DNA of 64,000 nucleotides from positions 7,016 to 71,015 of the forward strand of contig CAZUPI010000007.1 of the NCBI GenBank assembly GCA_964621755.1, read 5' to 3'. This DNA is from an uncultured Ruminococcus sp. (lineage in GTDB: Bacteria > Bacillota > Clostridia > Oscillospirales > CAG-272). Positions 36,080 through 44,889 of the stretch are shown in pieces (the stretch's first letter is position 1; the number at the start of each line of letters is the position of its first letter). The position numbers and the translations under genes were made by a program. Under the pieces are notes generated by a model. The model made no database searches, was not told where the DNA came from, and worked only from the letters and a program-made list of their open reading frames with translations.

Positions 36080-36295
36080 TTTCTGCACCCCCATCTCAAA
36101 ATATCAAAAACTATAAATTATTATAGCATAAAGCATAGAGTTTGTCAAATCAAATATATGAAAGGCACGTGTGCTTTTTGAATATCCTCCTCTGCGTGAA
36201 ATGTACAAAAATTTTTGTATTTGATGTGTGTTCGGCAAAGGATTGGGGAAAACTTTAAATAAAATTATTTTAAACAATCAAAAACGGAGAAAAAT

Positions 36296-37126
36296 ATGAA
36301 AATACGTGGGATGGTTTGCGCATGCGTGGCGCTAAGCTTGGTAATTGTTGGATTGGGATGCTATATTTATTTGGATTTTGTGAAAGATGCGGAGGCGGCT
36401 GAGGCGCAAACGCATCTGGCAGATACAATGTTCAAGACAAATGTACGGCGGCTTGTAGTGGCATTGGAGGAAGAAAATCAAGTGACGGCGTACCATTTTG
36501 CGGAGACGGCGGCGGACAACGCAGCGTCAGGCGGACGGCAGGAAGCGGCGCTATTTTTCCGAAAAATATCCGCAGGAATTTCGGATGGTGCGAGCAATAT
36601 GGTTGAAATTGCGGAAGCTGTAGAGAAATACGTGGAGACTGGGACGATTCCGTCACAGTTTGCAGTAAGTTATGATACCACAGAAAATAGGGACGATGCA
36701 GAACAGAAAGAAGAACCTTCGTCGGTTTCGAATTACCGTAGAACGGCAGCAATGGAGTGCGCAGCAGCTATTATTGGAGTGAACAAACTCATGAAGCCTG
36801 TGGAAAAGAGCAACGGCGGAGAGTTTGTCTTCACCTGCCGCAACGCGTACGCTGTGATTGACGCGCGCTCGACTTCACCTGTCGAAGCCGGAATCAGCTT
36901 GGCTCCCGGAGAGGAACGACTGTCGGAATCCGCATGTGTAGCATATGCAGATTCTTTTATTCATCAGTATTTCCCCAGTGATATTGCTTCCTCCGCCTAC
37001 CTCGTCGGGGCACAACCTGACAAAGCAACAGGCGTATACGAGCTGATATATCAGTGCCGCAATAAGACTATCAAAATCGCTGTAAAGCGGGATACCGGCA
37101 AAGTCGTCCGACTTGTAGCAAGGTGA
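36296..37126 (+). CDS. Membrane-anchored hypothetical protein, possibly YpeB/PepSY-like
   Basis: N-terminal TM VCACVALSLVIVGLGCYIYL. The C-terminal IKIAVKRDTGKVVRL resembles a PepSY ending. This is a weak assignment. Confidence 0.4.
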   Translation: MKIRGMVCACVALSLVIVGLGCYIYLDFVKDAEAAEAQTHLADTMFKTNVRRLVVALEEENQVTAYHFAETAADNAASGGRQEAALFFRKISAGISDGASNMVEIAEAVEKYVETGTIPSQFAVSYDTTENRDDAEQKEEPSSVSNYRRTAAMECAAAIIGVNKLMKPVEKSNGGEFVFTCRNAYAVIDARSTSPVEAGISLAPGEERLSESACVAYADSFIHQYFPSDIASSAYLVGAQPDKATGVYELIYQCRNKTIKIAVKRDTGKVVRLVAR

Positions 37127-37136
37127 TGAAAGAACA

Positions 37137-37164
37137 TTAGGGGGATTCTTAAAAATCCCCCTAA
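37137..37164. terminator. Bidirectional terminator between convergent genes
   Basis: TTAGGGGGATT-cttaaa-AATCCCCCTAA. Confidence 0.7.
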
Positions 37165-37184
37165 GTTTTCGAAAAATTATATTT

Positions 37185-39146
37185 TTACCATTTTCTCATT
37201 TTGCCGGAATACTCAAGCAGCTTGATGAAGTGGCCGCCAACTACGGTGCGGTGCTGGAATCCGCGCTGGTTGGAAGTTACAGTGAAATACCAGTCGGTCA
37301 TGGGAACGCGTGACAGAGTGCAGTTGTAGTTTTCCCAAAGAGGCGCGACGTATTCTTCGAAGTCGCCGCGGTCTTCTGCGAGAGTTGCGGTCCAGATGAG
37401 CCAGTCAGATTTGGTGTAGGTTTCACGGTTGTCAAGAGGCATACCGTAGTGGTTGATGTGATGCTTGTAGGATGCAAATTCTGTTGCAAGGACCGCTTTG
37501 TCCATGATGTTTGTATCAAACAGCTTGTCCCACACGATGTTGTACTTCATCGACCATGTGCCGGGGCGGTCGAAGGCGAGACGATAGCTTCCATCGCCAT
37601 TTGCTGCGCGCTTTGCCCAGCCTTCTGCCATCTTCTTCGCCTTTTCTGTCATGGTGTTGTAGTCGTCTGTTCTGCCGAGGAGTTTGTAGATGATGCCCAG
37701 TCCCGCGATACCCATGACTGCCTTCAGGGAAAGGTTGCAGTTATGTGCGAGGTGGCCGGCGAAGTCGTCGGTGCAGAGCTGGTTTTCCGGGTCGTCGCCA
37801 TGCAATTCGAGATATTTGACCCATGTTTCGAGCAGGTCGAGATTTTCTTCCGCAAATTTGGTGCTGCCCGATGCGATAGCAACTGTGGATGCCATGACGA
37901 GCATGTTGCCGCATTCCTCAACAGGCATCTGACCGTCGAGACGATTGTTCGCATAAACCTGTCCGTGTACGAGCGGGTACTGACCGCAGTCGTGAGGCGC
38001 GAAGTCGAAAATCCAGCCTTCGGTGCGGGCGTACTTGTAAATCGGACGCATCATGCCGCATACCAGCTCGGGATTGTAAAGCAAGAACAGCGGAATGGAC
38101 GGATAGCTTACGTCAACCGTAGCGGCGCAGCCGTTGGAGAAGCATTCCTTTGAAATGAAGAGAATGTTTCCTTCGGTATCGACTGCGACCTTATGCGCGG
38201 CGATTGCCTGACGGTAAGAAAGCTCGCAGATTTCCGCATACTTTTCGCCGCCGGCGCGCGTTGCGTCGAGGAAAAGACGGTCCGCGAAAGCAGCACACTT
38301 TTTCATTACGCAGTCATAATCCGCGTATGCTTCGCTGATTGCCGTGAGAATGGTCTTGCCGTCTTTGTTCCAATAGGAGGTGAGGTGGTCGCCGAAATAT
38401 TCAATGGATTTTACATCATCATAAGCGAAGGTGAAGAGGGAAGACGGCTTGCAGCAGGTCTTGAGTTCGGTCTCGGCACATGCGAATACCATTTCTTCCT
38501 TGAAGCTTTCGGGAGCGGTATCATGTCCGTGACTCGGCACGAAAGGAACCTTTACCGTTTCGGTATAAACTTTGCCGTCCTGCGTGGCGAGGTAGAAGTA
38601 ACCCCAGTTGATACGGATATCGTCGCCGGAAACTGCGAGAACGGGCTGCTTTTCGCTGCCGATTTTTACTGCGGAATACGTATCGTTTTCGATGGTCTCG
38701 CAGACTACGGTGTCTTCCCCGCGGTAGTTGAGGCAGATTTCCTCCGACACAGCGATTTTGATTTTGACAGTATGATGTGCGCCGTCTGCAGATTTCACTT
38801 CGGTCTTGAGATAGCTTACAGGGCGTGTCATTATGTCGAGGTTGTCCATCAGAAGAGGTGTTGAGAAGGTAAGATTCAGAACAATGCCTGCACCCTCGAA
38901 GGTATAGTAGGTCGAGAAAGTATCGCAGTTTCTTGCAGTCTGGGTGAGAGCGGGAGAATTGTCGTTGCGATTCAGCTTACCCATAAAGCGGTATGCTGTT
39001 CCATCCACTTCAGCGGTGCCGATGATGGTGTTCGGCTTGCCGGTCCAGTGAACGGTAGTTGTATCGGTCAGTCTGTCAGCCGGTGACCACACGGAAAAAT
39101 ACGGGTCAACCGTAATCAGCGGTACAGACGGAGGCCTAAGTCTCAT
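37185..39146 (-). CDS. Glutaminase-A-like glycoside hydrolase family protein (DUF5127/DUF4965/DUF1793 architecture)
   Basis: PPSVPLITVDPYFSVWS...TVHWTGKPNTIIG N-terminus and a length of 653 aa match this family from recall. Confidence 0.65.
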   Translation of the reverse strand: MRLRPPSVPLITVDPYFSVWSPADRLTDTTTVHWTGKPNTIIGTAEVDGTAYRFMGKLNRNDNSPALTQTARNCDTFSTYYTFEGAGIVLNLTFSTPLLMDNLDIMTRPVSYLKTEVKSADGAHHTVKIKIAVSEEICLNYRGEDTVVCETIENDTYSAVKIGSEKQPVLAVSGDDIRINWGYFYLATQDGKVYTETVKVPFVPSHGHDTAPESFKEEMVFACAETELKTCCKPSSLFTFAYDDVKSIEYFGDHLTSYWNKDGKTILTAISEAYADYDCVMKKCAAFADRLFLDATRAGGEKYAEICELSYRQAIAAHKVAVDTEGNILFISKECFSNGCAATVDVSYPSIPLFLLYNPELVCGMMRPIYKYARTEGWIFDFAPHDCGQYPLVHGQVYANNRLDGQMPVEECGNMLVMASTVAIASGSTKFAEENLDLLETWVKYLELHGDDPENQLCTDDFAGHLAHNCNLSLKAVMGIAGLGIIYKLLGRTDDYNTMTEKAKKMAEGWAKRAANGDGSYRLAFDRPGTWSMKYNIVWDKLFDTNIMDKAVLATEFASYKHHINHYGMPLDNRETYTKSDWLIWTATLAEDRGDFEEYVAPLWENYNCTLSRVPMTDWYFTVTSNQRGFQHRTVVGGHFIKLLEYSGKMRKW

Positions 39147-39312
39147 ATGTAGTACTCCTTATAATTTAAAATTTGCTGTGAGTTTGGAGGTTCCGGTGCG
39201 AAACGTATTAAAAAAAACTCACATTCCGTCGTATACAGAGTATCATATATAAGTAACAAAATCAAGTCTGAAATATTAATTATAGAGGAATTTTTGCTTT
39301 AATTATTAACAT

Positions 39313-40350
39313 TTAGGGGTTGGGGTCCTCCGATTCGAGCCGGGCTGCGCCCTTCAGAATATCGACGGAGAAGGAGGGAATGCGGCCGAGAGCGTCGGGA
39401 CCTACGTTCAAAAGGTAATTAATACCCATGGAGTTCAGGTGTTTTTTATTGCGATAGATTTGGTCTGCGCTCTTCCAGTGATGGTCGAAATATTTGAATC
39501 CCCACGTGTTGTTGAGGGTTGCAGCGGTTTCGTACAGGCCATAAGGGGAGTACTTAAAGCCATCGAGGTTGTTCATATTTCCTTCCGGGGAATCCGGCAG
39601 TTTGTCGGGAAGCTTGGCTGGAATTTCGTTATCGCCGAGGGAGACATAGTCATACGCACCGTTGCCGAGGCGGGAGTTGATGAGACATTCGGGCTGATAC
39701 TCCTTTATCATGTTATACAGCTCTATGCTTTGGGAGGGGGAAATGACGTATGGGGTGTCGAACCATATCAGGCACAGCTCACCGTATTTTGTGAGGATTT
39801 CCTTGACCTGCGGTTTAATTTTATTCTCGAAGCAGCGGGTGAAGTTCTTTTCGGCGGTATCGGGGAAGTCCCACGAGTTGTGCCATGAGCGGCCGGCGCA
39901 GTGGGTTTTGTTCGTATATCCGCCGCCATCGGGGTCGTGCCAGTCGAGCTCCTGCGAGTAGTACAGACCGAAACGGAGACCGTATTTGTAACATGCTTCC
40001 GCCAGTTCCGCGATGATGTCGCGTCCGAATGGGGTGGCGTCGACCACATTGAACGGGTCTGCTTCCGATTTAAACAGCGCGAAACCGTCGTGGTGCTTGG
40101 AGGTGATGACGAAGTACTGCATGCCGCAGTCACGGGCAAGGGAAATCCACTCGTCCGCATTGAAGAAGACGGGATTGAACGCCTTCGCGAGGGCGCCGTA
40201 TTCTGCGTTCGGGATGCCGAAATAAGACTGCGCCCACTCGCCGTATGACGGGGTACGTGCGCCGCGGTATTCGCCGCCAAGGAGGGAATACAGGCCGAAG
40301 TGAACCATCATACCATATTTTGCGTTTTTGAACCATTCTCTATTGTTCAT
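39313..40350 (-). CDS. Alpha-L-fucosidase (GH29)
   Basis: WFKNAKYGMMVHFGLYS, KHHDGFALF and LIWFD motifs. The start was chosen at MNNREWF (AAGGAAGG RBS). Confidence 0.85.
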   Translation of the reverse strand: MNNREWFKNAKYGMMVHFGLYSLLGGEYRGARTPSYGEWAQSYFGIPNAEYGALAKAFNPVFFNADEWISLARDCGMQYFVITSKHHDGFALFKSEADPFNVVDATPFGRDIIAELAEACYKYGLRFGLYYSQELDWHDPDGGGYTNKTHCAGRSWHNSWDFPDTAEKNFTRCFENKIKPQVKEILTKYGELCLIWFDTPYVISPSQSIELYNMIKEYQPECLINSRLGNGAYDYVSLGDNEIPAKLPDKLPDSPEGNMNNLDGFKYSPYGLYETAATLNNTWGFKYFDHHWKSADQIYRNKKHLNSMGINYLLNVGPDALGRIPSFSVDILKGAARLESEDPNP

Positions 40351-40506
40351 GAATAACCTTCCTTTGTGGGGATTTTTGTGAGTCAATGATACCATATAAA
40401 TTTGGTGTAGTCAATAAATTTCGTAAGTGAAACGTGCAATTTTATATTGTGCGAAGGCTTTCTTTGTGCTATAATGAAAGAAAAATGCGGAAAGGCGGGC
40501 TTGAGA

Positions 40507-41079
40507 ATGGAGCAGCTTATGATGATACACCGGATGGAGAAAATGGAGCGCTATCCCGTACCGGAGGGTTGGGTGATACGCAACTGGCGCGAGGGAGAAA
40601 TCGATTTTTGGACGAGAATATGCGAAAATGGGCTTATAGGACCAGATACCGATGGTGGGGCGTGGAAGAATTGCATTCTTGATGAAGACCTTGTGCCGGA
40701 GAGGGACGTCTTTTTTGTATGCCGCGGAGACGGCGCGCCTGAGGCAACGATAACCGTTTATTCGAATCCGAAGGGGGTGGGGCATATCCACATGGTGGCG
40801 GCCGCTCCGTCGATTCGCGGGAATAACGTCGGGCGTGTGATGCTCTCTCACGCGATGGAGAAACTCGAGGGGGAAATGACCTGGCGCCCGCGTATGACCA
40901 GACTGACGACAGACGACTGGCGGATTCCAGCGATTGTGGGGTACTTGAAGGGCGGATTCCAACCGGTGGAGTATGATGAAGGAATGTTTGACAGATGGAA
41001 GAAAATCTGCGATGAGCTTGGAATGCACGGGGTCGAGATGCTGACTGAGCATGGCGAGCCGACCGGAATTCTTCTATAA
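40507..41079 (+). CDS. GNAT-family N-acetyltransferase
   Basis: HIHMVAAAPSIRGNNVGRVMLSHAMEKL fits the acetyl-CoA-binding beta4-alpha3 region. The start is uncertain (40447 to 40519). Confidence 0.6.
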   Translation: MEQLMMIHRMEKMERYPVPEGWVIRNWREGEIDFWTRICENGLIGPDTDGGAWKNCILDEDLVPERDVFFVCRGDGAPEATITVYSNPKGVGHIHMVAAAPSIRGNNVGRVMLSHAMEKLEGEMTWRPRMTRLTTDDWRIPAIVGYLKGGFQPVEYDEGMFDRWKKICDELGMHGVEMLTEHGEPTGILL

Positions 41080-41109
41080 ACGGGGATGGCAATGTTTCTG
41101 AAAAACAAA

Positions 41110-41141
41110 TTGGGGGGTACTTTTTTAAAAGTACCCCCCAA
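41110..41141. terminator. Bidirectional terminator between convergent genes
   Basis: TTGGGGGGTACTTTT-tt-AAAAGTACCCCCCAA. Confidence 0.75.
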
Positions 41142-41183
41142 TTCCCCATCAAAACTTTTTTTGCCTGATTTAGGGTCTCAGGT

Positions 41184-42143
41184 TTATATCATATAATACC
41201 ACTCATCGCTTTGAACGACTTCTTCGATATTGCGGGCTCCATTGTGCCCCTGCTTATACTCCAGTTCTTGATTTTTGATGCTGACTTTTGTATCGCTCGG
41301 GATAGATGCTGTGATGAAGGCGTTTCCGCCGATAACAGAATCATGACCGATTACGGTTTCGCCACCGAGGATAGATGCACCGGCGTATATGGTTACATTA
41401 TCCTCTATGGTCGGATGTCTCTTTTTGCCGTGCAGCTTTTGACCACCTCTGGTTGACAGTGCTCCTATTGTTACTCCCTGATAGATTTTCACATAATCTC
41501 CGATAACTGCGGTTTCGCCGATTACAATTCCGGTACCGTGGTCGATAAAGAAGTATTTTCCGAGTTGAACGCCTGGATGAATGTCGATACCGGTTTGGGC
41601 ATGGGCATACTCGGTCATGATTCTCGGTATAAGCGGCACGCCGAGCAAATAGAGTTCATGTGCGATTCTGTTTACCATAATAGCATACAATCCCGGATAA
41701 GAAAATATGATTTCCGGCTTATTGAACGCAGCAGGGTCGCCGTCATATGTAGCCTGCAGGTCGGTCTGGATCAAGGCGCGGATGTGGGTTAATTTTTCAA
41801 GAAAACGAAGGGACAGAGTTTCTCCTTCGTATAACAGCTCCTTTTCGTCCTTTCCGGCGTATTCCGGCAAGTATTTAAGGACAATCGATATTTGTTTGCT
41901 GAGGTTGTACAGTACATCCTCAAGCAACATAGAAAGATGATTTCGTACCGTATAAGTACGGTAATTTTTGTTTTTAAAGTAACCTGGGAATATGATACTC
42001 CGGAGTTGCTCTATGATTTTAATAATGTCATCCTTGTTAGGCGGCAAGAAAGTATCTACAGTATCGATGTCTCTTTCGTTTTCATAGTCCGCCATTATTT
42101 CCTGTACAAGCTGATTGACATTGTTTTCAAGTCTATGAGCCAT
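41184..42143 (-). CDS. cysE: Serine O-acetyltransferase (long form)
   Basis: Hexapeptide repeats (GIDIHPGVQLGKYFFIDHGTGIVIGETAVIGDYVKIYQGVTIG). The start was chosen at MAHRLENN with an AAGGAGA RBS. Confidence 0.85.
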   Translation of the reverse strand: MAHRLENNVNQLVQEIMADYENERDIDTVDTFLPPNKDDIIKIIEQLRSIIFPGYFKNKNYRTYTVRNHLSMLLEDVLYNLSKQISIVLKYLPEYAGKDEKELLYEGETLSLRFLEKLTHIRALIQTDLQATYDGDPAAFNKPEIIFSYPGLYAIMVNRIAHELYLLGVPLIPRIMTEYAHAQTGIDIHPGVQLGKYFFIDHGTGIVIGETAVIGDYVKIYQGVTIGALSTRGGQKLHGKKRHPTIEDNVTIYAGASILGGETVIGHDSVIGGNAFITASIPSDTKVSIKNQELEYKQGHNGARNIEEVVQSDEWYYMI

Positions 42144-42229
42144 TGTAATGTCGTCTCCTTCTGAAAATAAAAAGCACAATATAAGTACTATTACAATCAT
42201 TTACGTACCCTATATTGTGTCGTTTTATA

Positions 42230-42301
42230 AGCTGGTGGAGGGATTCGGACCCTCGACCTGCTGATTACGAATCAGCTGCTCTACCCCTGAGCCACACCAG
42301 C
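42230..42301 (-). tRNA. tRNA-Thr (anticodon CGT)
   Basis: Manual fold: acceptor GCTGGTG/CACCAGC, D-stem GCTC/GAGC, anticodon stem GCTGA/TCAGC with loop TTCGTAA, and T-stem GAGGG/CCCTC. No CCA is encoded. Confidence 0.9.
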
Positions 42302-42507
42302 GCCGCAAAGTTTAGCCTGTTTATTATACTATATGGTTTTTGGTTTGTCAAGAGTTTTTACTAAATTTGTCCTAAAATTTGTTTCGAATAACATGAATAA
42401 CATTTTGTTGGTTTTTCATAGAATTTCGGACAATATCTTGACTTCGTTTTTTCTTTCCTATATAATATTGTTATCTGAATTCATAACGACGGTGCAGGAG
42501 AAAAATC

Positions 42508-43062
42508 GTGGATTGGAATGAACTTGAAGCCGCGTGTGCGGCGTGTACCGGATGCAGTCTGTATAAAACAAGGACAAATCTTGTTTTCGGATGCGGCAAT
42601 CGGGAAGCTGACCTGATGTTTGTTGGAGAGGGACCCGGGGAACGGGAGGATGCAACGGGTATCCCGTTTGTCGGAGCGGCGGGGATGCTGCTTGACAAAT
42701 ATCTCGCCGCAGTTGGGATTGAGCGGGAGAGTGTGTATATTGCCAATATTCTCAAGTGCAGACCGCCGCACAACCGCGACCCGCTTCCGGAAGAGGGGGA
42801 TGCGTGCATTGGATTTCTGCGGGGACAGGTGAAACTGGTGCGCCCGCGGATGATCGTATGTCTTGGCCGAATCGCGGCTGCCCGGCTGATTCATCAGGAT
42901 TACAAAATTACGCGAGAGCATGGGGAAATCGTGCAGAAGGGAAATTTCGCCATGACTGCGATATATCATCCGGCGGCACTCCTTCGGGATGCGTCTAAAA
43001 AAGAAGATACCTTGCGCGATTTTAAGAAAATTAAAGCCTATATAGAGGGAGACACTTTTTAA
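42508..43062 (+). CDS. Uracil-DNA glycosylase, family 4
   Basis: CTGCSLYKTRTNLVFGCGN...LMFVGEGPGEREDATGIPFVGAAG and ALYHPAALLR-type motifs. Confidence 0.9.
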   Translation: MDWNELEAACAACTGCSLYKTRTNLVFGCGNREADLMFVGEGPGEREDATGIPFVGAAGMLLDKYLAAVGIERESVYIANILKCRPPHNRDPLPEEGDACIGFLRGQVKLVRPRMIVCLGRIAAARLIHQDYKITREHGEIVQKGNFAMTAIYHPAALLRDASKKEDTLRDFKKIKAYIEGDTF

Positions 43063-43076
43063 AAAAAGTGTCTCCC
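43047..43076. terminator. Bidirectional terminator overlapping the UDG stop codon
   Basis: GGGAGACACTTTTT-aa-AAAAAGTGTCTCCC. Confidence 0.7.
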
Positions 43077-43118
43077 CTTTGAGATTTATAAACGAGTCCC
43101 GTGTCTTTTGTAAAAATT

Positions 43119-43907
43119 TTACCCTAACGCCACGTCAAGGACCATCATGAGGGCGAAGCCGGCTGCGGCGCCGATGGTACCCATGTTGCTGTGTGCGCCG
43201 TTCTGTGATTCGGGAATGAGTTCTTCTATTACTACGTATATCATAGCGCCGGCGGCGAAAGAGAGAATGTAGGGAAGAACAGGGGTAATGAGCGAGGTCA
43301 AAAGAATGGTAAGAAGCGCTCCTATGGGCTCGACAACGCCGGAGAGAAGACCGTAGGAGAAGGCCTTTCCCTTCGAAATTCCCGTCCCTATAAGGGGCAT
43401 AGAGATGATGGCGCCCTCAGGGAAGTTCTGGATGGCAATGCCAATTGCAAGGGCAAACGCACCCGCCGTGGAAATGGTCGCGCCGCCCGCTAGCATGCCG
43501 GCGAAAACAACTCCTACCGCCATTCCTTCCGGAATATTGTGCAGCGTGACCGCAAGAACCAGCATGACGGATTTCCCGAATTTTGATTTCGCACCTTCCG
43601 GCTCGTCAGAATCTATATGAAGATGTGGAATGACAGAGTCCAAAAATAAAAGAAATCCAATGCCTAGTAAAAATCCTACAACTGCCGGTATCCATGCGAT
43701 GTTTCCGCTATCCTCTGTCATTTCGATTGCCGGAATCAGAAGAGACCAAACTGATGCAGCAATCATAACTCCCGATGCAAAACCAAGCAGTACTTTCTGA
43801 AGAAGAGGCTTCATTTCCCGCTTCAAAAAGAACACCATCGATGCTCCCAAAACCGTTCCGGCAAGCGGGAGCAGTAAGCCAATTATAATTTTTAATGTGT
43901 CATTCAT
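43119..43907 (-). CDS. ZIP-family divalent metal transporter (ZupT-like)
   Basis: 262 aa with 8 TM-like segments. HNIPEGMAVG and QNFPEGAIIS motifs. Confidence 0.85.
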   Translation of the reverse strand: MNDTLKIIIGLLLPLAGTVLGASMVFFLKREMKPLLQKVLLGFASGVMIAASVWSLLIPAIEMTEDSGNIAWIPAVVGFLLGIGFLLFLDSVIPHLHIDSDEPEGAKSKFGKSVMLVLAVTLHNIPEGMAVGVVFAGMLAGGATISTAGAFALAIGIAIQNFPEGAIISMPLIGTGISKGKAFSYGLLSGVVEPIGALLTILLTSLITPVLPYILSFAAGAMIYVVIEELIPESQNGAHSNMGTIGAAAGFALMMVLDVALG

Positions 43908-43959
43908 CCTATCTGCTCCTTTGAAATGCAGCTATCATTTTTGATTCATGATGTTTTCC

Positions 43960-43988
43960 ATTATATCATATAATTGTGAAGGTTTCAA
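43960..43988 (-). promoter_or_regulatory. Sigma-A-type promoter TTGAAA-17-TATAAT for the ZIP transporter
   Basis: Minus-strand hexamers at 43988..43983 and 43965..43960. Confidence 0.5.
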
Positions 43989-44165
43989 GTTATCTCGCTT
44001 TATCCGTCGCAGGGCAACTGCCAGGGAGACGTTATGAAATCCTTGTACGTGAAACGTACACAATCTGTTTTGCGCGAATTTATACAAATTCAATAATTAT
44101 ACCCTACTGGATAGGTGAAAAAGTGACGAAAATTGATTGCGTTAAATTTTTTGTACGAAAAGCTC

Positions 44166-44194
44166 TTGACAAAAATCCCTCGGCGTTTTATAAT
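44166..44194 (+). promoter_or_regulatory. Consensus sigma-A promoter TTGACA-17-TATAAT of the feo operon
   Basis: TTGACAaaaatccctcggcgtttTATAAT. The palindrome 44201..44218 begins 6 nt after the -10. Confidence 0.75.
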
Positions 44195-44200
44195 ATGCAT

Positions 44201-44218
44201 AGTTAGATGATGCTAACT
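44201..44218. promoter_or_regulatory. 18-bp palindrome AGTTAGatgatgCTAACT at the predicted feoA transcription start
   Basis: Perfect 6-bp arms. A degenerate second copy, GGTTAGcctatgCTGATT, follows at 44222..44239. Confidence 0.65.
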
Positions 44219-44270
44219 TATGGTTAGCCTATGCTGATTCTGGCAGATACAAAAGAGAGAAGGCGAAGCT

Positions 44271-44483
44271 ATGATGCCATTGACATTTGCCACTGTTGGA
44301 GAAGAAAACATCATTAAAAAAGTCGGCGGAAGTCCTGAAGTCAAAAAGCATCTTGAAAATCTTGGATTTGTTACGGGCGGAAATGTGACCGTGATTAACG
44401 AACTTGGCGGGAACATTATTGTGAACGTCAAGGAAGCGCGGATTGCAATCAGCCGTGAAATGGCGCAGAAAATCATGATTTGA
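44271..44483 (+). CDS. feoA: FeoA family protein
   Basis: 70 aa SH3-like FeoA pattern (GEENIIKKVGG...LENLGFVTGGNVTVI...IVNVKEARIAISREMA). Confidence 0.85.
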   Translation: MMPLTFATVGEENIIKKVGGSPEVKKHLENLGFVTGGNVTVINELGGNIIVNVKEARIAISREMAQKIMI

Positions 44484-44519
44484 TTTTACATAAGGATAAA
44501 TTTTGAGGAGGACCTACAG

Positions 44520-44741
44520 ATGAACACACTAAGAGAGGCAAAAATCGGCGATACAGTGAAGGTCGTAAAGCTTCACGGTGAAGGTGCCGTAAAACGCCGT
44601 ATCATGGACATGGGAATTACAAAAGGCGTAGAGGTACATATTCGTAAGGTAGCGCCCCTTGGCGACCCCATTGAAGTGACCGTGCGCGGCTACGAGTTGT
44701 CTATCCGCAAGGGAGACGCGGAAATGATTGAAGTCGAATAA
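44520..44741 (+). CDS. feoA: FeoA family protein (second copy)
   Basis: LREAKIGDTVKVVKLHGEGAVKRRIMDMGITKGVEVHIRKVAPLGDPIEV... Confidence 0.85.
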   Translation: MNTLREAKIGDTVKVVKLHGEGAVKRRIMDMGITKGVEVHIRKVAPLGDPIEVTVRGYELSIRKGDAEMIEVE

Positions 44742-44794
44742 TCTGGACTGGCAGTCCATTTTACTGTCTATTTCTATTGTTTTCTATGGCATGC

Positions 44795-44812
44795 GGTTAG
44801 GAAATGCTAACT
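44795..44812. promoter_or_regulatory. 18-bp palindrome GGTTAGgaaatgCTAACT between feoA2 and feoB
   Basis: It lies in the 148-bp feoA2-feoB spacer, 78 nt upstream of the feoB ATG. Confidence 0.55.
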
Positions 44813-44889
44813 GCATGGTGAATTTGGTGAACTTTTGGGAAAAAGCGTTTTTCGCTTAAACACCCCATCAACAGAAAGAAGGATTTGAC

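Noticed and set aside
42144-42229. T-box or other leader riboswitch between tRNA-Thr and cysE
   Set aside because: Only about 85 nt are available, far too short for a T-box, and there is no T-box consensus (AGAGA / TGGNACCGCG). The inverted repeat CACAATATA...TATATTGTG followed by a T run is more simply the tRNA terminator. How cysE is then transcribed remains unclear.
43925-43955. Zur/Fur-like operator at the ZIP transporter promoter (ATCATgaatcaaaaATGAT at the predicted start site)
   Set aside because: It has only 5-bp arms with a 9-nt spacer. It matches neither the Fur box (GATAATGATAATCATTATC) nor the Firmicute Zur box (TCGTAAT-N-ATTACGA) as I recall them. It is too weak to report as a site.
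43976-44206. 76-aa plus-strand ORF upstream of feoA
   Set aside because: It runs through the consensus feoA promoter (44166..44194) and the ZIP promoter region. It has no RBS and is AT-rich intergenic sequence.
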